Source: Antedon mediterranea
Lineage: Eukaryota > Animalia > Echinodermata
Direction: 5' to 3'
DNA length: 64,000 nt
Assembly: GCF_964355755.1 (NCBI RefSeq)
Contig: NC_092675.1
Coordinates: 20,122,912 to 20,186,911 of the forward strand
A program made the translations under genes and the position numbers. The notes beneath the pieces were generated by a model. It saw only the letters and a list, made by a program, of their open reading frames with translations. It ran no database searches and had not been told where the DNA came from. Positions within the stretch are counted from its first letter, which is position 1. Each line of letters starts with the position of its first letter. Below, one piece after another: positions 37,601 through 47,067 of this stretch.

Positions 37601-40600
37601 TTCCAGCGGCTTAGATTTGTATCCCATAGGCTTAGACTTTTACCCTAGATGCATAGACTTGTACTCCGGAGGCTTAGACTTGTACCCCGCAGGCCTAGAC
37701 TTGTACCAAACAGGCTTAAACTTTCACCCCAGATGCATAGACTACTACACAGGCTTTGATTTGTACTCCGCAGGTCTAGACTTGTACTCCACAGGCTTAG
37801 ACTTGTACCCAACAGGCTTAGACTTGTACCCAACAGGCTCAGACTTGTACCTCACAGGCTTAGATTTGTAACCCACAGGCCTAAACTTGTACCTAACAGG
37901 CTTAGACTTGTACCCAGCAGGCTTAGATTTATCCTGTAGACTTAGACTTTTTCCCCTAGAAGCGTAGACAGTACCTCACCGGCTTAGACTTGTACCTCGT
38001 CCTCTGATGTAGATGAGTCATTTTCATTATTTTTTCTTCATTATACTAATATAACTTTATAATTCTATAAGTTAAAAAAAATAATAATTTTGAGGTTAAA
38101 ATTGTAAAATGGTTTGGTGTACTCAAAACAAATGATTACTCAGATTTTGAAATAGAAAAGAAGACCTTTTAATTTTGTTTTTAAATTTTTTTAGGTTGTT
38201 CCGGGTATAGGGTTTGGTGGTGATTTTGCATATGCTCAGCTTAATTTTCCAGCTGAATTAGCGCGAGTACAGCGTATTCAACTACAATTCAAATCCAGAG
38301 AGGCAAATGCAATTTTAGCATACAGCTGGGATGCTGAGAGCTTTGTAAGTATTATCTACATATTAATGTATCATTTGCACCCAATATGATAGGGGTAAAA
38401 GGGACACTTTTTTCTTCTCACAAAACAAGTTTGTAAAAAAAATGGGAAAACTTATAATTTCTTAAAATTTCAAGAAGGATTTGCTATTTAATTATATTTT
38501 AACAGTAGTACAATGTGTATAACTCAAAACTGCATTGTAGATGGAGAAGTATCCTATATATTTAAGCTTAGAGTTTGCAAATTTGTCTTTTTTCTTTTTA
38601 TGTTTGTATATTTGTTGATATGGATGACATTTTTCCGAAATAAAAGGAATTGATTGATAGACATAGACATTGATATGTATACAATAATGAAACCAGAAAA
38701 TAAATATAAATTGTTTTTAATTAATTAAAAATCAAACCTGAAAGCAAATTACTGACGATGTTGTTAGTATAAATCTTTTAAATTAGCAGTCTTTTTTTTT
38801 TCAGAATAAGTTAATCTACATAGCACTTTATCATGGGAACATCTTTGTTCAGTATAACATTGGTGAGGGACTGAGTGACCCGTTACAGACCACTGGTTTA
38901 AGACTAAATACTGGACAATGGCAAACAGTTATGGTTGAGTTTACAGGTTTATCGTAAGTTTTACTCTGAAATGTTGTTGTCTTACAAGAATATAAGGAAC
39001 TTTACGAAACAGAATGGTTAAGGGAGGACGACGAATATCCTGTGTTCGCTAGAGCGTAAAATCATATACAGTCAACATAGCCGTATTAGTTACGCACCCT
39101 TGCACGAAGACGACGACCAGCAGTATCGCTCTCTAATCCCTCTCCTGTCTCGTGGCGTGGAGCCCTTTTGAATCGCTTGGCTCAGGTTTCCTAGCTAGGG
39201 GCCATAATTTAATGTTTCAACATTTATTTTGTTTACAGGGCAACACTTCGCATTAATGATATGCCGATCATTTTAAGCAACAGACAATTAAGTACCGATG
39301 GTATACTAATTACTGGTTCCAATAGTTACCTTTATGTTGGTGGTTTACCAAGTACTATACCAACATTGTTTGGTGGGGAGTTTCCAGTTCGTGAATCGTT
39401 AGATGGTGATATCAAAGACTTTGTAATAAATGAATTGTAAGTGTGACTTTTATAAGTAATAGCAAAGAACTTATGACACATGAATCTCCTGTTCTTCAAT
39501 TTGCATTCAAAACACAGTATCGGAAGTACAGGGTTAAAAGGTCAATCTGGGTGACGCCATTTCACAGCATGCAGCAGCAGCCTTTCCAAACTAGGAAGTC
39601 AAACTATTAATTCCTATAGAGGGCTCAGTCAATTATTCTATCCCCCTTTAGTATAGCAGATCCCCTCTACAGATTTTGCCTTTCTAATTTGATGAGGTCG
39701 TTCTACTCCATGGCTCACAATGGCGGCACCCATTAGCTCTATTCTATCCTACAATGCCTTTCGAAATTGGACGAACAGGAGATTCTTGTGTTATAAGTTC
39801 TTTAGTAATAGTGCAGCTTTTGAAGATAACGCATTCAATCATACCATCAATAGGAAGCTTTTAATTTGTAACAAATATTGACCTAACCTCAGGTCAGGTC
39901 AATCTATGTGTCGTCGGTCATCTCTATCGAGAAAGCATCAAAACTGTGTTGAGGTGGGGAGAAATTTTGGTTTTGCTGTTTTTTAAAATACATCTTTGTC
40001 TTTAAACAGAATTCCAAATTTCAATGATGATCAAGTATTAATAGAACAGGATGGTGTGACACTTAGTGGAGTTTCTCCACCAGTTACTGAACTTCCACCC
40101 CTGCCATATGTCACTGAAGCTCCTCCGACAAGTATTACACTTATGCCAACATGTTCAGCACTTCCAGATGTTTTTTATGACCCTAGCACTTTAAGGTTTG
40201 GTCTACTGAGCAATAGCTACGCAACTTTTCCTTTAAGTGAAGATGCCAGGCAGCATTTCTTATCAAGGTAGAAATTTGTATATCTGTATGTTTTTGACAA
40301 ATCTTTCTTGACAAGCTATCCTAAACAACACAAAATGCTTGCCCAATTTTGTAGATAAACTAACATGCGAAGGGTGAAATCAAATGAGTAACTTATACAT
40401 AAAATTATATTGTTACAGATTTTTAATAACAATATATTTTCGTGCTGTATCGCCAAATGGAATACTGTTCTACGCTGCAGATAGCGCCCTCACACCTCAA
40501 CAATGGATTGCACTTGTAATGCAAGATGGATATGTGGAGTTTAATATGATAAGTGATACTAGATCTGTCAATGGACTGGGAATTCGTACTAAACAAAAAT

Positions 40601-43600
40601 ATGATACTGGTGAATGGATTGAAGTAAAGGAATCTCTTTTTTTTTTTATAATATAGTGCTATGCCTTTCAATGCAACCAGGACAAATTATGCAAAAGCCT
40701 CAGTTTGATTTTCTTTATTTAAAGGGGTAAACCTTCCAGTTTGAAATTTAAAAAACTTTGAGCTTTACTGTATTTAGAATATATTCCATAAAAATATAAA
40801 TTATTTTATTAGATTTAAATGTTTCATATCTGGAACATTCTTTTAAGATATTTGGCAAATTCTTATCAAGTTTAGGATCCAAAAAACTCAAGGAATTTCT
40901 GAAGCATTCAAGCTTCACTCTTGGTACATGGTTCCCATTAGAAGGGCTCCGAATTTTGTAAATTATGTACAGTGGAGAGTCGCACTGCTAAATGATCTGG
41001 GGCAACGGTATGTAGCACCTTGAATGTGAGGCAACCCACCTGATATTATTATATGTCTGCAACGCAATCAGAGGGTATTCTTGATTGGGCCAGGTCATCC
41101 CACGCATTAGTCTGATCCGATACAATTACATAGAATCTTTAATGAACAGAAGGAAACTCTTTATTTTATAACTACATTTTTCTTTCAGGTCTCGGTACTA
41201 AGAATAAACGAGTTTGTCGCAATTCTTGTAACTGAAACCAGAGACTATACAAACAATGATCAACCGTCGAATGGTGTAAATTCAAGGATTAACATTGCTA
41301 CAAACTTCCATCTTGGAGGAATTAGTTCTGCCATTCTACCAAGTACATTCCCTCTTACAGTAAGTATATGAATAATTACTTTGTGTTGTAACAAATTGCA
41401 TGAAGCCAAATATGAAATTTTTACCATTTATAGCCGAGTCTAATTCCATGCTAATAATATTCCCACCTACTAATTTGGGCTAATGACTTAGATTCAAGAA
41501 TTTGGTAAATTCCATTGTTTATGCAATTTGAATATAATTCCATTCCTAATTTTCCTAAAATTTCATACCTATGCCCCATGGTACTATACTAGGTTTTTTA
41601 AGCAAAAAATACCTAAATTGTCAATGGGTTTTGGTTAAAATTGTCTTTTGTGAAATAATTATTGTTGTTGATTTTCCACAGAAGTGAATAACTTTATTAA
41701 AACTGCAAAATGACTTATATTTAAAGTCTGATTTTAATAATCTTTATTTTATTAAGTTTTTGGAGGACAATACCTCTTTAAATCATTAATTAAAGCAACC
41801 AATTCCAACATTTAACTTTTGAAAATGTTTTCTTTTCATTTTAAGTTTACAACTGGCTTTGACGGCTGCATAAGTCATATAATAGTCGATTCTGATGAAG
41901 TCCCTAATGCAGTTATCCTGGATTTTGAGTAAGTAATGTATCCTAACAATATGAACTAATGCACTAATGACATAAGAAAGCTTTCGATTTGGTAGCTCAA
42001 CTCAACAGCAATGAAGCAAACAGCCAATTTGTGTGTGTGAGTGTCCTGTTGATCAGAAAGTTGCTGAAAACGTTTTGCCAGCATTCAGATTATCTCACAT
42101 TATCGTCCATGAATATCTAAACAAACTAATGAACAGGGTGGAAATTAAAATAATGGAAGGTCTACTCTACAGTATGGTATTGTTTTATCAAATTGTATAC
42201 AGTTAAACTGTATACAATTTGATTTCTTATAATGTGCTGTGCATTACTTTTCCTATTTTAACAATTGAAGATACTTTAGCACAGTCAGCCCACAGAGTGT
42301 GCCGTCTATAACTTCTCTGCTGCCAATATTATATCAGTACCATTTTTTTACATGGTCTAGTGGCTAATTGAGTGAAATCAAAATGTTTACTCTCGTAAAC
42401 TAATGTAATGCTTTGTATGCATTGAATGCGAAGAATTGTTTTCCTGTTGAATAGAGCAATTAATATTTTAACTCAAATATAATATGCTCACCATGCAACT
42501 CATAAACATTAATTGTTAATTGTATAATATGTTAAATATTTTTGTTTTCTTTAACAGGAATCCGTCTCTATTCTTTGCCAATGGCGTAGCCCCTTGTTCA
42601 CGCAATGATATTATGCCAGGTGCTTTCTTTAATGGCACAGGTTACTTGCAACTAGGTAAGAACAATAATCACATTAAGGACCTGTTTCTATTAATAAATC
42701 TCAAAAGAACTGTTTTCTTTTAAAAATTGCAGCTTAAAAAATCCTTCTTTAAATGATCCAGACTGAATCAATTTAGGTTTTTATAAAGCAGTATATAAAA
42801 TCTGTTCTTTTTATGTAGACCCATTTCTGTTGGCAAGAAAATATTGTTCTTTCAAACCAGATATTTAACAAAAATGTGTGTGTGAGAGTGTTGATGTTCA
42901 AAATTATTGAACTTATGGTTATTTTTTGATACCATTTATCACACTATACACTATCTAATTTTAAATATATTTGCTTGTATTCAAATGAAAAGAAATTGTA
43001 TATAAATATGGTTCAATCTTTTTTATTTCCAGAAAACAACTTCAGAGTTGGAAACTCACTTAGTCTTAATATGACTATCAGGACAACTGTAAGAGAATCT
43101 ATTTTATTTGCCGTTTCCTCTGGTCTTGCGAATTTTGTGGCTTTGGACATCTTCGAAGGAAGAGTAAGTGAATTTGTTTTCTAAGATAGTCCAGAATATT
43201 GATAACAATATCTAGTTACCAAACTTATGTACTTAATGGTATAGTGTTCAGGTTTATTAAAATAAGCACATTTTTGTGAATAAATCTGTTGCTCTGTGCT
43301 TTGCTCTACTTTAGTTAATAATGTAAATGCATTGGGATGTATGGAACACAGCTGTGGATGAAACATACGACTTTCATCATCTCTAAAGGTGCCTTTATGT
43401 CGGCTACCACCAACAGCTCTTATTAGTATGTCTATGACAGGGGCTGTTATAAACTAGTATTGTGGGGTAAACACGTAATTCTGGTGATATGAGAAAAAGT
43501 CGCCCCAACCGAGATTCGAACCCGATTGGGTAATGAAATAGACTATATATATATATATATATATTTCTTCTGTGCATTTAAAATTGAGTATTATTAGCTT

Positions 43601-44842
43601 TGAAACCTAGGCTAATGTACCTTTATCTGTTTTTTTAGGTACGTGCTGTAATAAGTCATGGTAATCAGTCTCCATACATCGTGCGTTCAACTGCGTTCAC
43701 AAGTGACTATGAAATATGTGATAACTTACCACATACGATCTTTCTGTCGTTTACACAACTGGGACTTCAACTTTACATTGATAAATATCCCCCAGATGTG
43801 ACTTATTTTACAGCAGGTGTTCCCACTATTAACACCAACAGCCCGATATACTTTGCTGGTATTCCAGGTACTTACTGCAATGCATGTTTATCATAATCTT
43901 CAGCTATATATAGTACATGGTTGTTTTCAACAGCCTGTGTTCATCTAAGTTGTTTTTTAAAAGAAATAAATAAAGGTTGACATTGGCGGATGAAATAAGG
44001 AGGGGGTGCTGGCAGGGCCTAAAAATGTTCAAATGAAGGGCTGAGCGTAATTTGATGTCCTATCTTTTGCATTACAATTAGCGAAATTTAGGGGTTGGAT
44101 CCGCCCCAGGTTGTTCTAAAGTATTTTAATTTCTCTTTTTGATATTTTTTAAAACAAATCTGACTGCAACGTTAAACTGAAAATGAAGCCTAACTGGCTC
44201 ATTATTTAGCTGGGTTGCAACTCACTTATGCCCCTGAGTTTTTTTACAATCGATTAAAATCTTCGATGAAAGTTTACAACACTTACACACACACAAACCA
44301 TATAAGATATTTCTCCTGGCCTAATACAGTATACCAACGTCAGAAGGTGAGGAGGCAGGGGGAGGTGGGACACTCCTAGATTTAATTATTAATAAGATGT
44401 TATTACATACAGAGACCTATAAACTCATGTTACACAGCACTTGTTTCATAAATTTTAAATAACATTTTATTCATTTATGTTTTAAATGTTTTAATATCTT
44501 AATGTCATTTTTATATATTGTAATTCAACAATGTTTACTTTGTTGCTAACAAAGAATTTGAATTTATTTATTTATTCCTAATCCTATTCATTTTTTTTTT
44601 TCATTTATCTTTTTATTAATTTTTTAAGTCAATGCAACAAAGCATTATTAAGGGGAAACTTTATTGATAATTTTCATAACTCTTTTTCAGACACTGGTTC
44701 AGTAAGTCTAGTGAGTGGTATCATCACCAACACATTTACTGGTTGTATACAGTCTATTTTACTGAATAATGTACAACGCAATCCACGAGAAAATGTCAAT
44801 AGTGTTGGCATGGAAACAGGATGCCCATTTCCTCTTACTTAA
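3077..44842 (+). CDS. LAMA: Laminin subunit alpha (divergent, alpha3/5-type architecture): signal peptide-LN-LE x4.5-short LF-LE x4.5-L4-LE x6.5-coiled coil-LG1-5, about 3076 aa
   Basis: 47 GT-AG exons with consistent phases, total 9231 nt: 3077-3448, 5616-5846, 7632-7748, 8690-8903, 9475-9606, 11431-11609, 12131-12236, 12480-12741, 13354-13492, 14000-14299, 14539-14648, 15372-15592, 15966-16102, 16643-16999, 17602-17880, 18647-18849, 19571-19697, 19829-19970, 20563-20743, 21148-21341, 21713-22000, 22329-22481, 23439-23695, 24175-24495, 24814-24963, 25499-25691, 26376-26520, 27026-27270, 27606-27731, 28911-29099, 30230-30662, 31093-31243, 34545-34736, 35030-35260, 36526-36707, 37268-37415, 38195-38344, 38805-38953, 39239-39436, 40010-40267, 40419-40623, 41189-41359, 41846-41928, 42558-42655, 43033-43163, 43639-43867, 44691-44842. 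Motifs: LN TCG..TWWQS; CECNGHA; alpha-type LE2 CYYD..GGGVC.DC..NTAG; CEPYGGQCPC; L4 SRQEFIKTL..IENCNC..GYVGLSCEECAP; CDQCV at the coiled-coil start; five LG domains (YYVGG, FEGCL, FAGCM, FDGCI, FTGCI); ends GCPFPLT*. Confidence 0.95.
3582..3622 (-). ncRNA. Minimal type I hammerhead ribozyme (U3-A8 core variant), probably within a Penelope-like retroelement remnant (~3541-3788)
   Basis: Minus strand reads GAUC-UUGAAAA-U-GGU(UCUAUGAUGGU)ACC-GAAA-CG-UC-GAUC: stem I GAUC/GAUC, stem II GGU/ACC, palindromic ACGU stem III. A 12-nt direct repeat TAGAACTTAATA lies at 3541-3552 and 3777-3788. Confidence 0.6.
4570..4757 (-). mobile_element. tRNA-derived SINE, family A
   Basis: Reverse complement starts GGAGCTGTAGCTTGGTGGTTAAA..GGGTTCAATCCTGACC (A and B boxes). 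Homologous to 18973-19221 (+), ~63195-63320 (-) and a head fragment at ~54105-54170 (+). Confidence 0.7.
6575..6725 (+). mobile_element. Possible 3' fragment of an RTE-clade LINE
   Basis: Translates to ..IRTIAENRQDWRKAIR.., resembling the A.DR..WR C-terminal motif of RTE ORFs; short and degenerate. Confidence 0.4.
8918..9197. mobile_element. Short Kolobok-like MITE (family B)
   Basis: AGATGTATTGTCC...GGGACAATACAT termini shared with 1106-1654 but a different interior. Related degraded copies at ~5900-6230, ~7160-7497, ~20040-20412, ~41605-41780 and ~53400-53710. Confidence 0.7.
9767..10325 (+). mobile_element. Non-autonomous Helentron-type (HINE/DINE-like) element
   Basis: 5' TTATTACCTCCGCCAAGGAGG, a (GT)n-type microsatellite, subterminal inverted repeat GGCGGAGGT, a short hairpin GTACTCTCGGAGTAC, and a CTAGTT end. 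Relatives at ~54830-55478 and a 5' stub at 37085-37112. Confidence 0.7.
10066..10966. repeat. Three near-identical tandem copies of a ~300-bp unit (3' half of the Helentron-type element plus ~40 bp of flank)
   Basis: Anchor CTAGTTTAAT recurs at 10320, 10621 and 10921; only a few substitutions between units. Confidence 0.95.
11665..11800. repeat. Minisatellite, ~48-bp unit x3
   Basis: TAAGTCCATGCAATA recurs at 11670, 11717 and 11766. Confidence 0.85.
17895..18598 (-). mobile_element. Two adjacent tRNA-derived SINE copies (family B): degraded ~17895-18150, better preserved ~18280-18598
   Basis: Minus strand GAGTGGCCGAGCGGTTAAG...GGTTCGAG (Ser/Leu-type tRNA head); central GGATAAGGACTATAAACCGTAGGTCC..TAAAGAACC resembles the Meta-SINE domain as recalled; (CAAT)n tail. 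A further fragment lies at ~26205-26277. Confidence 0.75.
18973..19221 (+). mobile_element. tRNA-derived SINE, family A, nested in a family C MITE (18869-19238)
   Basis: A box TAGCTTGGTGG, B box GGTTCAATCC, A-rich tail; the MITE halves lie on either side. Confidence 0.75.
21385..21600 (+). mobile_element. Degraded tRNA-derived SINE
   Basis: TAGTGGTTTAATGGTAAG...GGTTCGAGACT pol III-type boxes followed by non-tRNA body. Confidence 0.5.
22749..23365. repeat. Intronic minisatellite, 30-bp unit (TAGTTGTACAGGTGGTG/TAGTTGCCCTGGG) about 20 copies
   Basis: Visible tandem repeat built from 16-bp and 14-bp subunits. Confidence 0.95.
24997..25193. mobile_element. Family C MITE with internal 21-bp repeat expansion
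   Basis: AGCTCTGTCTACACTATCAAAC left TIR; CATATCCCTACCATATTTGGA repeated about 6 times; TTGATAGTGTAG right end. Confidence 0.8.
27899..28694. mobile_element. hAT-like non-autonomous DNA element
   Basis: CAGGGGCG..GCAGG left terminus and CCTGCG..CGCCCTG right terminus; ATTTG on both flanks (no full 8-bp TSD retained). Confidence 0.5.
30768..30942. repeat. Tandem repeat, 58-bp unit x3
   Basis: TATGATTTTGTG recurs at 30771, 30829 and 30887. Confidence 0.95.
31424..31724. mobile_element. MITE with ~23-bp TIR (Harbinger-like)
   Basis: TTATGTCGACACGGAACTCAACT ... AGTTGAGTTCCATGTCGACATAA. Confidence 0.65.
31961..31990 (+). CDS. Candidate 30-nt micro-exon of the laminin gene (LTQTLTFTGT, within LG1)
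   Basis: Long poly-T tract plus CTAACAG acceptor, ACG|GTAAAT donor, phase 0-0 matching flanking exons, no stop. Confidence 0.55.
32675..32820. mobile_element. Family C MITE (PIF/Harbinger-like), best-preserved copy
   Basis: TIR GCTCTGTCTACACTA..AAAC / GTTT..TAGTGTAGACAGAGC. Other copies at ~15051-15163, 16369-16515, 18869-19238, 20828-20900, 24997-25193, 56949-57107, 57865-57980 and 58225-58317; several are flanked by TAA/TTA. Confidence 0.8.
33268..33291 (+). CDS. Candidate 24-nt micro-exon of the laminin gene (VDASVLQQ, within LG1)
   Basis: TCTTCTGTAAACAG acceptor, CAG|GTAAAA donor, phase 0-0, no stop; TGCATG at 33371 and 33517 downstream. Confidence 0.6.
35300..36115. repeat. Intronic minisatellite, ~20-bp GTTGAGTGATTTT unit with higher-order variants
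   Basis: Visible tandem repeat. Confidence 0.95.
37465..38000. repeat. Intronic minisatellite, 21-bp unit GGCTTAGACTTGTACCCCACA
   Basis: Visible tandem repeat; it produces the repetitive ORFs 37617-37871 and 37645-37833. Confidence 0.95.
39463..39804. mobile_element. Non-autonomous DNA element with ~30-bp TIR and 7-bp TSD (P-element-like)
   Basis: CAAAGAACTTAT.ACACA.GAATCTCCTGTTC ... GAACAGGAGATTCTTGTGTTATAAGTTCTTT; TSD GTAATAG at 39456-39462 and 39805-39811. Confidence 0.8.
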
Positions 44843-44864
44843 CATTTTATAAAATGTTGTTTAA

Positions 44865-45003
44865 AGCTTGTTTGCCACTTAGATGCAACACAATGATGTA
44901 AGTGAGTTGACTAATCACAGTTTGGGTGATCCATCGCGCCATGATTGATCAAATTACTCACTTGCTTACATTTTTGCGTTGCGTCCTTACGGGAACAAAG
45001 CAT
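44865..45003. mobile_element. Small MITE just downstream of the laminin stop codon
   Basis: AGCTTGTTTGCCACTTAGATGCAAC...GTTGCGTCCTTACGGGAACAAAGC imperfect TIR; related copy at ~11898-12023. Confidence 0.55.
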
Positions 45004-45439
45004 TATCTTTTTTTAAATTATTATTTTAATTGTTTTTATACCTTAATTTTTTTTTAATAACATTTTGGATTTAGAAAACAAATTTAATTTCATTTTTTAA
45101 TGTATGAAATTGTTGTTATGCAAATGGTACTTACTTTTAAATCTATTTTTAGGTACAAATTTGGTTTAAAAAAAATTATGTCTAAAGATGTAGCATAGGT
45201 TGCAATTAATTCCTCTACTGGAAATCCGTGGCTAAAGAACAACAAAAATTATTTTTAAATATTGAAAATAAAATTAAAACTTGAAAAACTGTTCATAATG
45301 TCTTTTTTTAAATAATAACTTGTATAGTAGTTGTATATGTGCTGCAAGAGAGGTGTTGAATAGTCATACTGTAGACTTACAATTGTTAGGCATACACTTT
45401 TTTTGTTTTCTTTCATCACCCAAACCAACAATGTCAGTC

Positions 45440-45730
45440 TTACATTCATCTGAATGATGACTAAGCCAGGACTGTTAAAGCACCTTGACCAAGGGCTTCT
45501 CTCGTCCAGCCAATACGTCTGAGGCAGATACCAGATGCAGGGGCTGCCATAAGAGTCAACAGTGCTGATTTCAAATGCCAAATTTTTTCAAATTTCAAAC
45601 GGGACCCCAGCTTCATATACAGCACCGGTATTCTTAGATGGTCTCCTATGCAAGCTCTAACCGGACCCACCGTTGCTTAACTTCGGTGATCTGACGAGAA
45701 CCGGTGTTTCAACGTGGTAAGGCTATATGA
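45440..45730 (-). mobile_element. 5S rRNA-derived SINE-like element (5S head plus GC-richer body)
   Basis: 5S-like head at ~45615-45730 is not followed by a T4 terminator but by ~170 bp of GC-richer body. Confidence 0.55.
45615..45730 (-). pseudogene. Divergent 5S rRNA-like sequence (pseudogene or SINE head)
   Basis: Reverse complement CCTTACCACGTTGAAACACCGGTTCTCGTCAGATCACCGAAGTTAAGCAACGGTGGGTCCGGTTAGAGCTTGCATAGGAGACCATCTAAGAATACCGGTGCTGTA matches metazoan 5S rRNA over nearly the full length, with substitutions in the internal control region C box. Confidence 0.9.
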
Positions 45731-47067
45731 GCATAGACAATGTTATTGCTTCAAAATCATTCACTCAGGAAACTCGCAATCAAAAATATATTGATAATTC
45801 AGACAAATAAAATAAATTTCTAAATAGAATTTTAATTGCTTTATGGAAATCAATCATTTATGAATTGCATCCAAGTCATGTGACATAATGAATTAGAAAA
45901 AAAATCAATCAATAACTCTACATGTTGACATTTTAAAAGTAAGACAATCATACCATGCAGAAATGATTTCTCCATGGTCATACCATACATTTGACAATAT
46001 GTTACAAATTCATCACATTTTATTTATTAACCAAGACTTACTTTTAAAATCCATTAAAATTATTTATGAAACAAGGGTTAAATGTGGAAAGTAGAGGAAT
46101 TTTGGAATATGGCTTTGATTGCACCTGTGCAATTTCTTGATCCATAAATAACTAGTGGTACAGACTACAGAAGAATTCTAAACACCTCCAACTGCAGCAA
46201 ACCCTTATTCTTAAAAGCCATTTCTAACTACATTATTCCAAAATAAGTTTTATTTGAAAGAGTACACAAATATATCAATTCTATTCAATCAATATTTACT
46301 ATTATTTACACTTTTGTACAATTTGAAAAAACGTTGAGATGTAACATTCATTTAAAAACATTATGTAAAATCCTCACAATGCCATTCCACAGAATTTGAT
46401 TCTTATTCCAATTAATTAATATTAATTCCAATATTAATTCCAAACCCAGTCTTCTATGGCAAAACGCATTTGGTGAAATAGTATAGGTCTTCTAAATTTT
46501 TGTTTTACCTTTGATATTCCACAATACATTGCTACACATGAGAATACTTCTATTTATTCTAGTATTAACGGCTGCTTTATTTGGTAACAGTATAGTTAAT
46601 AAATGAATATTTAAAAATGACATAAAATGAATATAAAAAAAAAATACTTTACAAAAATTAAGTTGTATTGACATTCAAGCTACTAGGAAAATTGATACAA
46701 TAATGTTACTGAACAGTACCCACACTCTACTTCCAAATGTACAGGTCAAGAGATCTACAACATACTGTACAAATCTGTCGCTGTATTCACCAAATAACAC
46801 TAAGTAAAATTCTTAAATATTTATTACTTAAGTGAAATACAGTTTTAAGTGTCCTATTTCATTTATGTGATTGGTGAAGAGATCACTGAAGCATTAAAAT
46901 GTTTAAGCTGTAGACTGTCACATAAAATACGGACAGATTAAAATGTTTAAATGCAAATATGATTTTGCATTCCCATTCCCATTCTCTGAATCATGATTCT
47001 CAATATTTTATGAAATTTATGATTGTTGTTTTGCTATAAAATTGTTTTTAAATCAATTGGGTTTTTT

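Noticed and set aside
37617-37871. (GLDLYPT)n repeat protein ORF
   Set aside because: By-product of a 21-bp minisatellite; no splice sites link it to the laminin frame and flanking exons join in phase without it.
42045-42075. Hammerhead-like CTGTTGATCAG..CTGAAAACGTT (also CTGATGA at 55487)
   Set aside because: Essential core bases are changed or stems I and II cannot form.
45615-45730. Functional 5S rRNA gene
   Set aside because: Solitary copy with mismatches in helix IV and the C box, small deletions and no pol III terminator.
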